A DNA stretch of 64,000 bases, taken from positions 1,566 to 65,565 of the forward strand of contig CABRFA010000005.1 of the NCBI GenBank assembly GCA_902470065.1. The letters are read 5' to 3'. The notes beneath the pieces are model-generated. The model did no database searches. It had not been told where the DNA came from and saw only the letters and a program-made list of their open reading frames with translations. Both the position numbers and the translations under genes were made by a program. Each line of letters opens with the position of its first letter. The first letter of the stretch is position 1. Source of the DNA: an uncultured Collinsella sp. Lineage in GTDB: Bacteria > Actinomycetota > Coriobacteriia > Coriobacteriales > Coriobacteriaceae. Shown one piece after another: positions 46,829 to 55,958 of the stretch.

Positions 46829-48792
46829 GTGAGGCTCAGGCGCTGGTGGAGTGCCCCGTTATCGTTGGCACGGCGGGCCACGTCGACCACGGTAAGTCGG
46901 CGCTGATCGAGGCACTGACCGGCAAGAATCCCGACCGTCTGGAGGTTGAGCGCCGTCGCGGTATGACCGTGGAGCTGGGCTTTGGCGAGCTGGCACTGCC
47001 GAGTGGCAAGATCGTCGGCCTGGTCGACGTGCCGGGCCACGCGCATTACCTGCGCGCCATGGTGCAGGGTGCGACAGGCATCGACGTTGCCGTGCTGGTG
47101 GTCTCTGCCGTTGAGGGTGTAATGCCGCAGACGCGCGAGCACGTGCACGTGCTGGAGCTGCTGGGCGTCACGCATATGGTGGTGGCGCTGACGATGTGTG
47201 ACCTGGCCGATGCCGAGATGACCGAGCTTGCCGAGCTCGATGTCGATGATTTTTTGTCGGGTACCGTGTTTGCGGGTGCGCCGATTGTGCCCGTGTCGTC
47301 TAAGACGGGCGAGGGGATTGACGGGCTGCTTGCGGTGCTCGACGAGCAAGTAAGTGCCTGCTGGGACGTCTGCCGCGACCGTTCCGATCGGAGCGATGCC
47401 GCGCCGCGCCTGCCGATTGACCGCTGCTTTACGATCAAGGGCGTCGGCACCGTCGTGACGGGAACGCTGCACGATGCGCCGGTTGCGGTGGGCGATGAGC
47501 TGATGGCCTTGCCGTCGCGTACGGTCTGTCGTGTGCGCGGGATTCAAGTGCATGGCGATACGCCGCGCGCGCTGCCTGGGCAACGCGTGGCGCTCAACCT
47601 GGTTGGTGACGGTGTCGCGGCACTTGACCGCGGCGAGATGTTGGGCGTGGCGGACCGTTTTGGTCAGACGTTACGCTTTATGATGACGTTCACCTACCTG
47701 GGCCGCGAGGGCGCCAAGCCGCGCGTGCTCGAGTCGGGCGCGCGCGTGCATGTGATGGCCGGCACGGCCGAGGCCGTCGGCCGCATCATGCTTTTGGAGG
47801 GCGAGGCCCCCATGGCGGTGGGCGAGACCCGTACCGTACAAGTGCGCTTGGAGGAGCCGCTGCCGCTGCGTGCCGGAGACCATGCCGTGGTGCTGTCGTA
47901 TTCGCCCGTTATGCTCATTGGCGGCGGGCGTGTGCTGCTTTCGCGCTGCCGTCGCTCGCGCGAGCTTTCGGCGGGGGAGCGCGCGCTGCTTGCAGCGCTT
48001 GAGGTCGGCGATGCCGTCGCTGGTGTGGATGCGTGGCTGGCGCTGCAGGCGTTGCCGGTCGTGGTTGCCGACGTTGCCGCAGCGCTAGATCTTGTTTCCG
48101 GTGGGGCCGACGCCGCGCTGAACGAGCTGGTGGCGCGAGGTGTTGTTTACAAGCTTGCCGGCTCGGGCGATGCGCTGTATGTGAATGCCGCCGTGCTCGA
48201 CGCCGCGATGGATGCACTGGCGGCGACCCTGTCCGCCATGCACGCGGCTGCCCCCAAGGAGACGGGCTTTACGCCCGGCGCCGTTGCCCATGCTGCGTGG
48301 CCTGCCGCTGATGATGGCGTTGCCGCGGCTCTGATTGCCGAGGGCTGCTCGCGTGGCGTGTGCGCCGCCGAGGGCGCCGAGGTATTCGATCCGCATTCGG
48401 CCGCCGCGGCGGCACGCGTGGTGCGAGAGGCCTGCGAGCGGATCGTCGCGCTGCTTGACGAGGCCGGCCTGGATGCACCGGCGCTTCCCGAGGTGGGCGA
48501 ACAGCTGCAGCTCGGCCGCGACACCATGACGCGTGCCCTGCGCGAGCTTTCGCTCAACCGCTCGATCGTTAAGGTCGAGCGCGACGTTGCCCTGTCCGCT
48601 GCCGCCGAGGCCCATGCGCGCGAGCTTGTTGCCGCTGCCATTGAGGCAGCCGGCGGCGCTGCCACCACGAGCGTGCTGCGCGAGGCCCTGGGTGTGTCGC
48701 GCAAACGCGCCATCAGCATCTTGGAACACCTGGATGCCGTGCGCTTTACGGTGCTCGACAAGGAGGCCGGCGGCCTGCGCTCCCTGCGCTAG
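46825..48792 (+). CDS. selB: Selenocysteine-specific elongation factor
   Basis: GTAGHVDHGKS, RGMTVELGF, DVPGH, PIDRCFTIKGVGTVVTGT and a C-terminal winged helix SRK..I.ILEHLD. Confidence 0.93.
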   Translation: MSEAQALVECPVIVGTAGHVDHGKSALIEALTGKNPDRLEVERRRGMTVELGFGELALPSGKIVGLVDVPGHAHYLRAMVQGATGIDVAVLVVSAVEGVMPQTREHVHVLELLGVTHMVVALTMCDLADAEMTELAELDVDDFLSGTVFAGAPIVPVSSKTGEGIDGLLAVLDEQVSACWDVCRDRSDRSDAAPRLPIDRCFTIKGVGTVVTGTLHDAPVAVGDELMALPSRTVCRVRGIQVHGDTPRALPGQRVALNLVGDGVAALDRGEMLGVADRFGQTLRFMMTFTYLGREGAKPRVLESGARVHVMAGTAEAVGRIMLLEGEAPMAVGETRTVQVRLEEPLPLRAGDHAVVLSYSPVMLIGGGRVLLSRCRRSRELSAGERALLAALEVGDAVAGVDAWLALQALPVVVADVAAALDLVSGGADAALNELVARGVVYKLAGSGDALYVNAAVLDAAMDALAATLSAMHAAAPKETGFTPGAVAHAAWPAADDGVAAALIAEGCSRGVCAAEGAEVFDPHSAAAAARVVREACERIVALLDEAGLDAPALPEVGEQLQLGRDTMTRALRELSLNRSIVKVERDVALSAAAEAHARELVAAAIEAAGGAATTSVLREALGVSRKRAISILEHLDAVRFTVLDKEAGGLRSLR

Positions 48793-48828
48793 ATTGGCTG
48801 CTCGGTTTGGTAAAATACCGCCGCACTT

Positions 48829-48925
48829 GGGAACGGATGGGCTCCGGTGGGCTCCGCGGTCCTCAAAACCGTTGCGAGGCGTGCAAAACGTCTTGGATGT
48901 GTTCGATTCACATACGTTCCCGCCA
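48829..48925 (+). tRNA. selC: tRNA-Sec (anticodon TCA)
   Basis: GGGAACG/CGTTCCC acceptor with G73-CCA, 6-bp D-stem with 4-nt loop, anticodon TCA at 48863-48865, long variable arm, ATGTG-TTCGATT-CACAT T-arm; directly after selB. Confidence 0.9.
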
Positions 48926-48933
48926 TACGCTAC

Positions 48934-48990
48934 CAGCGCTTTTGTGCTCGCGGTCTTGCTGCGTGCCGCAAAGGCGCTGTTTTGTTTTTG
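48934..48990 (+). terminator. Hairpin/terminator after selC
   Basis: cagcgctttt..aaaggcgctg followed by ttttgttttt. Confidence 0.65.
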
Positions 48991-49079
48991 CACGAGCTTT
49001 TCGTAGCGCTGCTATTTCGGTGGCTGTATTTAGCTTCGTGCGCCGGGTTTCGAGCATGCCGATGGAGGTGTTTTGCCGT

Positions 49080-49712
49080 ATGACTACCGTAAGACGTGCC
49101 GATCTTTCTTGTGTCGTCCAAGCGGGTGGGCTGTCCTCGCGCATGGGCTGTGATAAGGCTCGCATGGCGTTTTGCGGCGAGCCGCTCATCGAACGCGTGC
49201 TGGGTCGGCTGGCGCCAGTTGCCGGCGAGTTGGTCGTGACGACTTCGCGTCCCAGCGAGCTTGCCTACCTTGAGGAGCGCGCGTTTGGCGGCCTGGTACC
49301 GCGAATAGTGTCGGACCTTGAGGGGCCGGCGGGCGCCATGCGCGGCATCGCGAGTTCGTTGGCCGCGGCCCGATTGCCGCTCGTGGCGATCGTCGCCTGC
49401 GATATGCCGTTTGTTTCGCCGGAGCTCATCGGCGCGCTTGCCGATCATGTTGAGGCCGAGGCGCTCGATGTGTTCGTGCCGCGCGAGGAGCGTGGCATTG
49501 AGCCGCTTTGCGCCGTCTGGCGCCGTGAGACCTGCTCGCCGATTGCTTATGAGCTGCTCGCCGGTGACCGCCAGCGCATTCGTTGCCTGATCGACCGGGT
49601 GAACGCCGGGTATTTGGACGAGCCTCAGATTGTCGCGGTCGCAGGCTCGACGCTCTGCTTCGAAAACGTCAATACGCCCGAGGAGTTTGCGGCGGCCGAG
49701 TTGCTCGCCTAG
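49080..49712 (+). CDS. mobA: Molybdenum cofactor guanylyltransferase
   Basis: AGGLSSRMGCDKA, ACDMPF, EPLCAVW, NVNTPEE. Confidence 0.9.
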   Translation: MTTVRRADLSCVVQAGGLSSRMGCDKARMAFCGEPLIERVLGRLAPVAGELVVTTSRPSELAYLEERAFGGLVPRIVSDLEGPAGAMRGIASSLAAARLPLVAIVACDMPFVSPELIGALADHVEAEALDVFVPREERGIEPLCAVWRRETCSPIAYELLAGDRQRIRCLIDRVNAGYLDEPQIVAVAGSTLCFENVNTPEEFAAAELLA

Positions 49713-49727
49713 ACGATTGGAGTTGCC

Positions 49728-50123
49728 ATGTCTCACGATATTTGTCCCGACACGGGAGAACCTTGCACCTGCGATGGGTCCGAGCCTTGCACCTGCGGCT
49801 GTGGCGGCTGTGGACATACGGCCGAGGAAGAGGCAGCGGCGGCTGCGTATCGCGAGTCGCACCGCGAGGCCTCGTTTGGCGATGCCCCTGATCACGAACG
49901 CAAGATCATCGTTTCGTTCGATAGCACCTTCGATGTGATGGAATGCGAGCAGCTGTGCCTTGCCGCCGGTGTGCCCGGGCGCATCATGCCGCTGCCCGGC
50001 TCCATCACCGCCGGCTGCGGGCTGTGCTGGGCCATGCCGTTCTCGGGCGATGCACTCGCCGCCTTTCGCGCCGCCACCGAAGGCCGCATAACCCCCGCCG
50101 ACTACCATCAGCTCGTCCTCTAA
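49728..50123 (+). CDS. DUF3343 protein with a Cys-rich N-terminal extension
   Basis: IVSFDSTF..M, MPLPGSITAGCGLCW; N-terminus CPDTGEPCTCDGSEPCTCGCGGCGH. Confidence 0.75.
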   Translation: MSHDICPDTGEPCTCDGSEPCTCGCGGCGHTAEEEAAAAAYRESHREASFGDAPDHERKIIVSFDSTFDVMECEQLCLAAGVPGRIMPLPGSITAGCGLCWAMPFSGDALAAFRAATEGRITPADYHQLVL

Positions 50124-50131
50124 TCACCAAC

Positions 50132-50166
50132 ACCACCACAAAGGTGCCTGTCCCCAATGTGGTGGT
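50132..50166. repeat. Short palindrome with ctgtcccc core (family D)
   Basis: accaccaca-aaggtgcctgtccccaa-tgtggtggt. Confidence 0.5.
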
Positions 50167-50380
50167 TCGGAACATGTGGACGAAACAGCTTCGAAACACG
50201 CGATTTGTTCGTCAGGTGCCCAAAAACGCTTCTACCTGCATCGTAATCAAAACGAAACATCTGCTCGTCGGCTTATGCGAAACTTTGCTGCAACAGTGCG
50301 ATATTATCCATACTCGATAAAGCTCGGGGCGCATGGGGCGCCTCGAACGACACTTTTCTTTTCCATCAATTGGAGGAAGC

Positions 50381-51736
50381 ATGAGCTACACGCAGAAAGT
50401 TCTCGAAGAGCTCAAGGCCCGCTATCCCGAGCAGCCTGAGTTCATCCAGGCCGCGACCGAGATCCTCGGCACCATCCAGCCGGCGCTCGACGCCCACCCC
50501 GAGTACGAGGAGGCCGCCCTGCTGGAGCGCCTCGTCGAGCCCGAGCGCATCGTCATGTTCCGTGTTCCCTGGGTCGACGACCAGGGCAAGGTTCAGGTCA
50601 ACCGCGGCTATCGCGTCGAGTTCAACTCTGCCATTGGACCCTACAAGGGCGGCCTGCGCTTTAACCCGACGGTCACCCTGGGTATGCTCAAGTTCCTGGG
50701 TCTGGAGCAGATCCTTAAGAACAGCCTGACCACCCTTCCCATGGGCGGCGGCAAGGGCGGCTCCGACTTTGACCCCAAGGGCAAGTCCAACAATGAGATC
50801 ATGCACTTCTGCCAGTCCTTCATGACCGAGCTCTATCGCCACATTGGCCCCAACACCGACGTTCCCGCCGGCGACCTGGGCGTTGGCGGCCGCGAGGTTG
50901 CCTACCTGTTCGGTCAGTACAAGCGCCTGACCAACGAGTGGACCGGCGTCCTTACCGGCAAGGGCCTCTCCTTTGGCGGCTCGCTCGCCCGTACCGAGGC
51001 CACCGGTTACGGTCTGGCCTACTTTGTGGACGAGTACCTCAAGAGCCGCGGCGACTCATTCGAGGGCAAGAACGTCGTCGTTCACGGCTCCGGCAACGTC
51101 GCTATCTACGCGGTCCAGAAGGTCACTCAGCTCGGTGGCAAGGTGCTCGCCTGCTCCGATACCCACGGCTGGGTCGAGGATCCCGACGGCATCGACTACA
51201 CCGTGCTCGAGCACATCTACAACAAGAAGCGCTCTGGCCACGACAAGGGCGTTACGCTCGCTATGTACGTTGACGAGAAGCCCAACGCCGTGTGGCACGA
51301 GGGCGACGGCCGCGGCGTGTGGCAGCTTCCCTGCGATATCGCGCTGCCCTGCGCTCGCGAGAACACGCTGCTGCTCGAGGACGCCCAGGCGCTCGTCGCC
51401 AACGGCTGCAAGGTGGTCGGCGAGGGCGCAAACATGCCCACGACCATCGAGGCCACGACCTACTTCCAGGAGAACGGCGTCGCCTTTATGCCCGGCAAGG
51501 CTGCCAACGCCGGCGGCGTGCTCGTGTCCGGCCTGGAGATGAGCCAGAACGCCGAGCACCTGTCTTGGACCTTCGAGGAGGTCGACGGCAAGCTCGAGCA
51601 GCTCATGCGCGGCATGTTCCACAACGTGGACGACACCGCCAAGGAGTACGGCGAGGAGGGCAACTTTGTCATGGGCGCCAACATCGCCGGCTTCCTGAAG
51701 GTCGCCGATGCCATGCTCGCCCAGGGCGTCTGCTAA
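50381..51736 (+). CDS. gdhA: NADP-specific glutamate dehydrogenase
   Basis: GPYKGGLRF, GGGKGGSDFDP, DVPAGD, RTEATGYG, GSGNVA, KAANAGGV. Confidence 0.95.
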   Translation: MSYTQKVLEELKARYPEQPEFIQAATEILGTIQPALDAHPEYEEAALLERLVEPERIVMFRVPWVDDQGKVQVNRGYRVEFNSAIGPYKGGLRFNPTVTLGMLKFLGLEQILKNSLTTLPMGGGKGGSDFDPKGKSNNEIMHFCQSFMTELYRHIGPNTDVPAGDLGVGGREVAYLFGQYKRLTNEWTGVLTGKGLSFGGSLARTEATGYGLAYFVDEYLKSRGDSFEGKNVVVHGSGNVAIYAVQKVTQLGGKVLACSDTHGWVEDPDGIDYTVLEHIYNKKRSGHDKGVTLAMYVDEKPNAVWHEGDGRGVWQLPCDIALPCARENTLLLEDAQALVANGCKVVGEGANMPTTIEATTYFQENGVAFMPGKAANAGGVLVSGLEMSQNAEHLSWTFEEVDGKLEQLMRGMFHNVDDTAKEYGEEGNFVMGANIAGFLKVADAMLAQGVC

Positions 51737-51762
51737 ATCTTCGCTCGATATAGCATGTGATG

Positions 51763-51795
51763 AGGCTCCCAGCCATTCCGGCTGGGAGCCTTTTC
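51763..51795 (+). terminator. gdhA terminator
   Basis: aggctcccagcc-attcc-ggctgggagcct followed by ttt. Confidence 0.85.
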
Positions 51796-51812
51796 TATCC
51801 CGGAGGACTCCT

Positions 51813-51887
51813 CATAACTTGCGGTGAAATACGGACTGTTTAGCGCCCCAGAACGGCTAATCAGTCCGTATATCACCGCAAGTTATG
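51813..51887. repeat. REP-like palindrome family A, solo copy 4
   Basis: 32-bp arms with 2 mismatches (cataacttgcggtgaaatacggactgtttagc). Confidence 0.9.
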
Positions 51888-51966
51888 GATGGGTGGGTGG
51901 ATTTTGTCCTAAAACGGTGTGCGGCCCCTCGTTTGGTACACTTAAAAGTACTGGACAAGTGAAGAG

Positions 51967-52881
51967 ATGGGGGAGAACGTGCTCAAGTTCGGTACCTACG
52001 TCCGTGTTGGAAACGCGGCCGAAGCCTATGAGCTCTTACAGAAGAACCGCAACAACAAGATTGTGGGCGGCGGCATCTGGATGCGCCTGGGTTCGCGTCG
52101 CGTGGCGACGGCGATTGACCTTTCGGCCTGCGGACTCGATCAGATCGAGGAGACCGAGACCGAGTTTCGCATCGGCGCCATGTGCACCCTGCGCCAGCTC
52201 GAGCGCTATGTCGAGCTCAACGCGCTTGTCAACAACGTCTTTGAGTTCGCCGTCCACGATATCGTGGGCGTGCAGCTGCGCAATACCGCCACAGTGGGCG
52301 GCAGCATCTACGGCCGCTTTGGCTTCTCGGACGTTCTCTCCGCCTTCCTCGCGCTCGATTCCTATGTTGAGCTGACAGGCGCCGGCCGCGTGCCGCTCGC
52401 CGAGTTTGTCGACATGGGCTACGTGCGCGACGTGATCGAGCACGTGGTGGTCGTTAAGCACGATTACCGCGCAAGCTATGAGACCGTGCGCAAGGCCGCG
52501 ACCGACTTCCCCTCGCTCAACGTCACCGCCGCCTGGTGGGACGGCTCCTGGCACGTCACCGTGGGCGCTCGCCCGCTGCGCGCGACCCTGCTGCAGGGCG
52601 AGGCGTGCGGCCTTACCAACGAGCATCCTTCCGAGGACGAGCTTCGCGCCCTGGCCGCATCCGTGCGCTCGCTGGGCTACGGCACCAACCTGTGGGGCTC
52701 GGCCGACTACCGCCGCCGCATCTCGGCCCCGCTCGCCATCCAGGCCGTGCGCCGCGCCGCCGGCATCGAGCTTTCGGCCGCGCTTGCCCGCGAGCTCGAG
52801 GGCGTGCAGATTCCTAAGTTCGCCACGGACGAGTATTCCTGCCGCCGCGTGCCCGGCGTCGATTCTAGCGAGGTGCGCTAA
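51967..52881 (+). CDS. Xanthine dehydrogenase family FAD-binding subunit (YgfM-like)
   Basis: IVGGGIW, IGAM.TL, QLRNTATVGGS, GARP, SADYRR; possible GTG start at 51979. Confidence 0.85.
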   Translation: MGENVLKFGTYVRVGNAAEAYELLQKNRNNKIVGGGIWMRLGSRRVATAIDLSACGLDQIEETETEFRIGAMCTLRQLERYVELNALVNNVFEFAVHDIVGVQLRNTATVGGSIYGRFGFSDVLSAFLALDSYVELTGAGRVPLAEFVDMGYVRDVIEHVVVVKHDYRASYETVRKAATDFPSLNVTAAWWDGSWHVTVGARPLRATLLQGEACGLTNEHPSEDELRALAASVRSLGYGTNLWGSADYRRRISAPLAIQAVRRAAGIELSAALARELEGVQIPKFATDEYSCRRVPGVDSSEVR

Positions 52882-55712
52882 TGGCTGCCAAACTCATCGA
52901 TCTTTCCTTTACGCTCAACGGCCGCAAGGTCAAGGTTCAGATTGCCCCCGACACCATGCTCTTTGCGCTGCTGCGCGAGCAGGGCTGCGCGTCGGTGCGC
53001 TGCGCCTGCGAGACCACCAACTGCGGTCTGTGCACGGTGTGGCTCGACGGCGACCCGGTGCTGAGCTGCTCGGTTCCCGCCGCTCGCGTCGAGGGCCGCT
53101 CCATCACCACGCTCGAGGGCCTTAAGGCCGAGTCCGAGGCGCTCGCCCGTGCGATGGCTGCCGAAGGCGCCGAGCAGTGCGGTTTTTGCGCCCCCGGTCT
53201 TATCATGAACGTGCTGGCGCTTGCCCGCGCCGCCAAGGAGGACCCGAGCCTCGTCGCCACGCGCGAGGAGCTCTCGCGCCAGCTCGCCGGCAACCTCTGC
53301 CGTTGCAGTGGCTACGAAAGCCAGCTGCGCGCCATTGTGCGCTTCCTCAACGAGTCCGGCGTGCAGGTTGGCTTTGAGATGCCCGAGCTGCCCGTCAACG
53401 AGACGAGCTCCGACGGTGTCGCGTACAAGCAGATCACCAAGAAGCAGCCCAAGAAGGACTCGAAGGCCCTGCTCGAGGGTCGTCCCGTCTACACGGGCGA
53501 CATGGTGCCCGCCGGCGCCCTGATCGTCAAACTCAAGCGCAGCCCCTATGCCCGCGCCAAGATCCGCTCCATCGATACGTCGCGCGCCCTGAAGGTGCCC
53601 GGCGTCGTGGGCGTCTACACCTACGAGGACGTGCCCAAGCGCCGCTTTACCATCGCCGGCCAGAGCTATCCGCAGCCGAGTCCCTACGACCGCCTGATTC
53701 TCGAGAACCTCGTCCGTTACCAAAACGAGGAGGTGGCGATCGTCGCCGCCGAGACCGAGGAGGCTGCCGACAAGGCGCTCAAGCTCATCAAGGTCGACTA
53801 CGAGGTGCTCGAGCCCCTGCTCGACTTTACCCAGGCACTCGATAACGACATCGTGGTCCACCCCGAGGGCGACGTGACCTTTATGTTCCCGCAGGGCGGC
53901 GACGTTCCGCGCAACCTGGTGTGCAGCGGTACCAGCGATTTTGGCAACCTTGACGAGGCCTTCGCCCAGAGCGACATCGTCTTTGAGCGCACCTACACCA
54001 GCCAGGCCACCCAGACCGCGCCCATGGAAACCTTCCGCGCCTTCGCGACGACCGATGCGTTCGGGCGTATCTCGGTGACCACCTCTACGCAGGTACCCTT
54101 CCACGTGCGCCGCATGGTCGCTCAGTCGCTCGACATTCCGCAGTCGCAGGTGCAGGTCATTAAGCCGCGCATCGGCGGCGGCTTTGGCTCCAAGCAGACG
54201 GGCTGCTGCGAGATCTTCGTGGCGTTTGTCACCCAGCAGACCGGCCGTCCGAGCTATTGCTGCTACACCCGCGAGGAGACCATCACCGCGGGCAACTCGC
54301 GCCACCAGATGCAGATGACCGTTAAGCTGGGCGCCATGAACGACGGCACCATCACGGCCATCGACCTGCATACGCTGTCCAACGCCGGCGCGTATGGCGA
54401 GCATGCCACCACGACGATCGGCCTTTCGGGCCACAAGAGCCTGCCTATTTACAACCATGTGAAGGCGAGCCGCTTTAGCTGGGACGCCGTCTACACCAAC
54501 ACCAACCGCGGCGGCGCGTATCGCGGCTACGGTGCCACCCAGGGCCAGTTTGCCGTGGAGAGCGCCGTCAACGAGCTCGCCGACATGCTGCACATGGACC
54601 CCGCCGACCTGCGCCTTAAGAACATCGTGCGCGAGGGCGAGATCATGCCGCAGTATTACAACGAGAAACTCAACGCCTGCGCGCTCGACCGCTGCCTGCT
54701 ACGCGCAATGGACATGATCGGTTGGCGCGACAAGCCACTAGCCGTCGACCTGGGCGACCGCGTGCGTGCTCTGGGCTGTGCGCTCACCATGCAGGGCTCG
54801 GGCATCTCCAATGTCGACATCGCCGGCATCGACATGCGCCTGGAAGAGGACGGCTTCATTACCATCGGCACCGGCGCCACCGATAACGGCATGGGCGTCG
54901 ACACGATCCTGGCGCAGATTGCCGCCGAGGAGCTGGGCGTGGAGAGCTCGCTGATCGTGGTGCGCGGCGTGGACACAGATGTGTCGCCGTTCGACGCCGG
55001 CTCGTACGCGAGCTCGGGTACGTACGTGACGGGCCTTGCCGCCAAGAACGCCGCGACCGAGCTGCGCGAGAAGATTTGCGCCAAGGCCGCCCAGATGTGG
55101 GATGTGGACGCCACCGATGTGGTCTTCGATGGCCAGTACGTGCGCCTGTCCGACGAGCGTGCCGCGCGCGAGCAGAACCGCTACCTCACGCTGCGCGACT
55201 TTGCCAACCTGTGCGTCAAGAACATCGCGGGTGGCGACGCGCTCACCTCGCATGCCTCTGCCTGCCTGCCCGTTTCGCCCCCGCCGTTTATGGCCGGCAT
55301 TGCCGAGGTCGAGGTCGACAAGGCCACCGGCAAGGTGACTGTGGTGGACTACGCGGCGGCCGTCGACTGCGGCACTGTGATCAACGAGGCGCTCGCGCGC
55401 GTCCAGGCCGAGGGTGGCATTGCCCAGGGCATCGGTCACGCGCTCTACGAGATTGTCGAGCACGACGACCGCGGTCGCCTGCGCACCGGCAACTTTATGA
55501 GCTACAAGCTGCCCACGCGTCTGGATATCGGCAGTATTCGCGTGGCCTTTGAGCCGAGCTACGAGCCGACGGGCCCGTTTGGTGCCAAGTCGATCGGCGA
55601 GGTCGTCATCAACACGCCGCTCGCCGCCGTGGCCTCGGCCGTCGCACACGCCACCGGCCACCAGGTTCGCTCGCTGCCGATCACGCCCGAGAAGGCCCTG
55701 CTGGGGGAGTAG
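52881..55712 (+). CDS. Xanthine dehydrogenase family fused [2Fe-2S]-molybdopterin subunit (XdhD-like)
   Basis: CACETTNCGLCTV, QCGFCAPG, GNLCRCSGY, IGGGFGSKQ, AYRGYG, GAKSIGE. Confidence 0.88.
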   Translation: MAAKLIDLSFTLNGRKVKVQIAPDTMLFALLREQGCASVRCACETTNCGLCTVWLDGDPVLSCSVPAARVEGRSITTLEGLKAESEALARAMAAEGAEQCGFCAPGLIMNVLALARAAKEDPSLVATREELSRQLAGNLCRCSGYESQLRAIVRFLNESGVQVGFEMPELPVNETSSDGVAYKQITKKQPKKDSKALLEGRPVYTGDMVPAGALIVKLKRSPYARAKIRSIDTSRALKVPGVVGVYTYEDVPKRRFTIAGQSYPQPSPYDRLILENLVRYQNEEVAIVAAETEEAADKALKLIKVDYEVLEPLLDFTQALDNDIVVHPEGDVTFMFPQGGDVPRNLVCSGTSDFGNLDEAFAQSDIVFERTYTSQATQTAPMETFRAFATTDAFGRISVTTSTQVPFHVRRMVAQSLDIPQSQVQVIKPRIGGGFGSKQTGCCEIFVAFVTQQTGRPSYCCYTREETITAGNSRHQMQMTVKLGAMNDGTITAIDLHTLSNAGAYGEHATTTIGLSGHKSLPIYNHVKASRFSWDAVYTNTNRGGAYRGYGATQGQFAVESAVNELADMLHMDPADLRLKNIVREGEIMPQYYNEKLNACALDRCLLRAMDMIGWRDKPLAVDLGDRVRALGCALTMQGSGISNVDIAGIDMRLEEDGFITIGTGATDNGMGVDTILAQIAAEELGVESSLIVVRGVDTDVSPFDAGSYASSGTYVTGLAAKNAATELREKICAKAAQMWDVDATDVVFDGQYVRLSDERAAREQNRYLTLRDFANLCVKNIAGGDALTSHASACLPVSPPPFMAGIAEVEVDKATGKVTVVDYAAAVDCGTVINEALARVQAEGGIAQGIGHALYEIVEHDDRGRLRTGNFMSYKLPTRLDIGSIRVAFEPSYEPTGPFGAKSIGEVVINTPLAAVASAVAHATGHQVRSLPITPEKALLGE

Positions 55713-55750
55713 GCGAGGAGGCGCTGTATCCGCTCATTGCCTAGCCCGGG

Positions 55751-55920
55751 GGAACTGCAGCCCACTTTTCAACTGAATTGTGGGCTGCAGTTTCCGTTTG
55801 AGGCCCTTGGCGGAAAGTGCATCCCGGAATAGGGGCTCAAAACGGGTTGCAGTTTCCGGTTGATGGCTATAGCGGAAATTGCATCCCATTCCGAGGCCCC
55901 AAGCCGGGACACGCTTTCCG
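55751..55920. repeat. Tandem array of three degenerate palindromes (family E)
   Basis: Units ggaa(a)NtgcaNccc...gggNtgcagtttcc at 55751, 55811 and 55873 (third unit degenerate), period about 61 nt. Confidence 0.7.
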
Positions 55921-55958
55921 GCGCATGGCCAGCACCGCCTGACTGCCGGGTCCCATCG

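Noticed and set aside
55751..55920. Possible CRISPR array
   Set aside because: Only three degenerate palindromic units with short related spacers, and no cas genes in the window.
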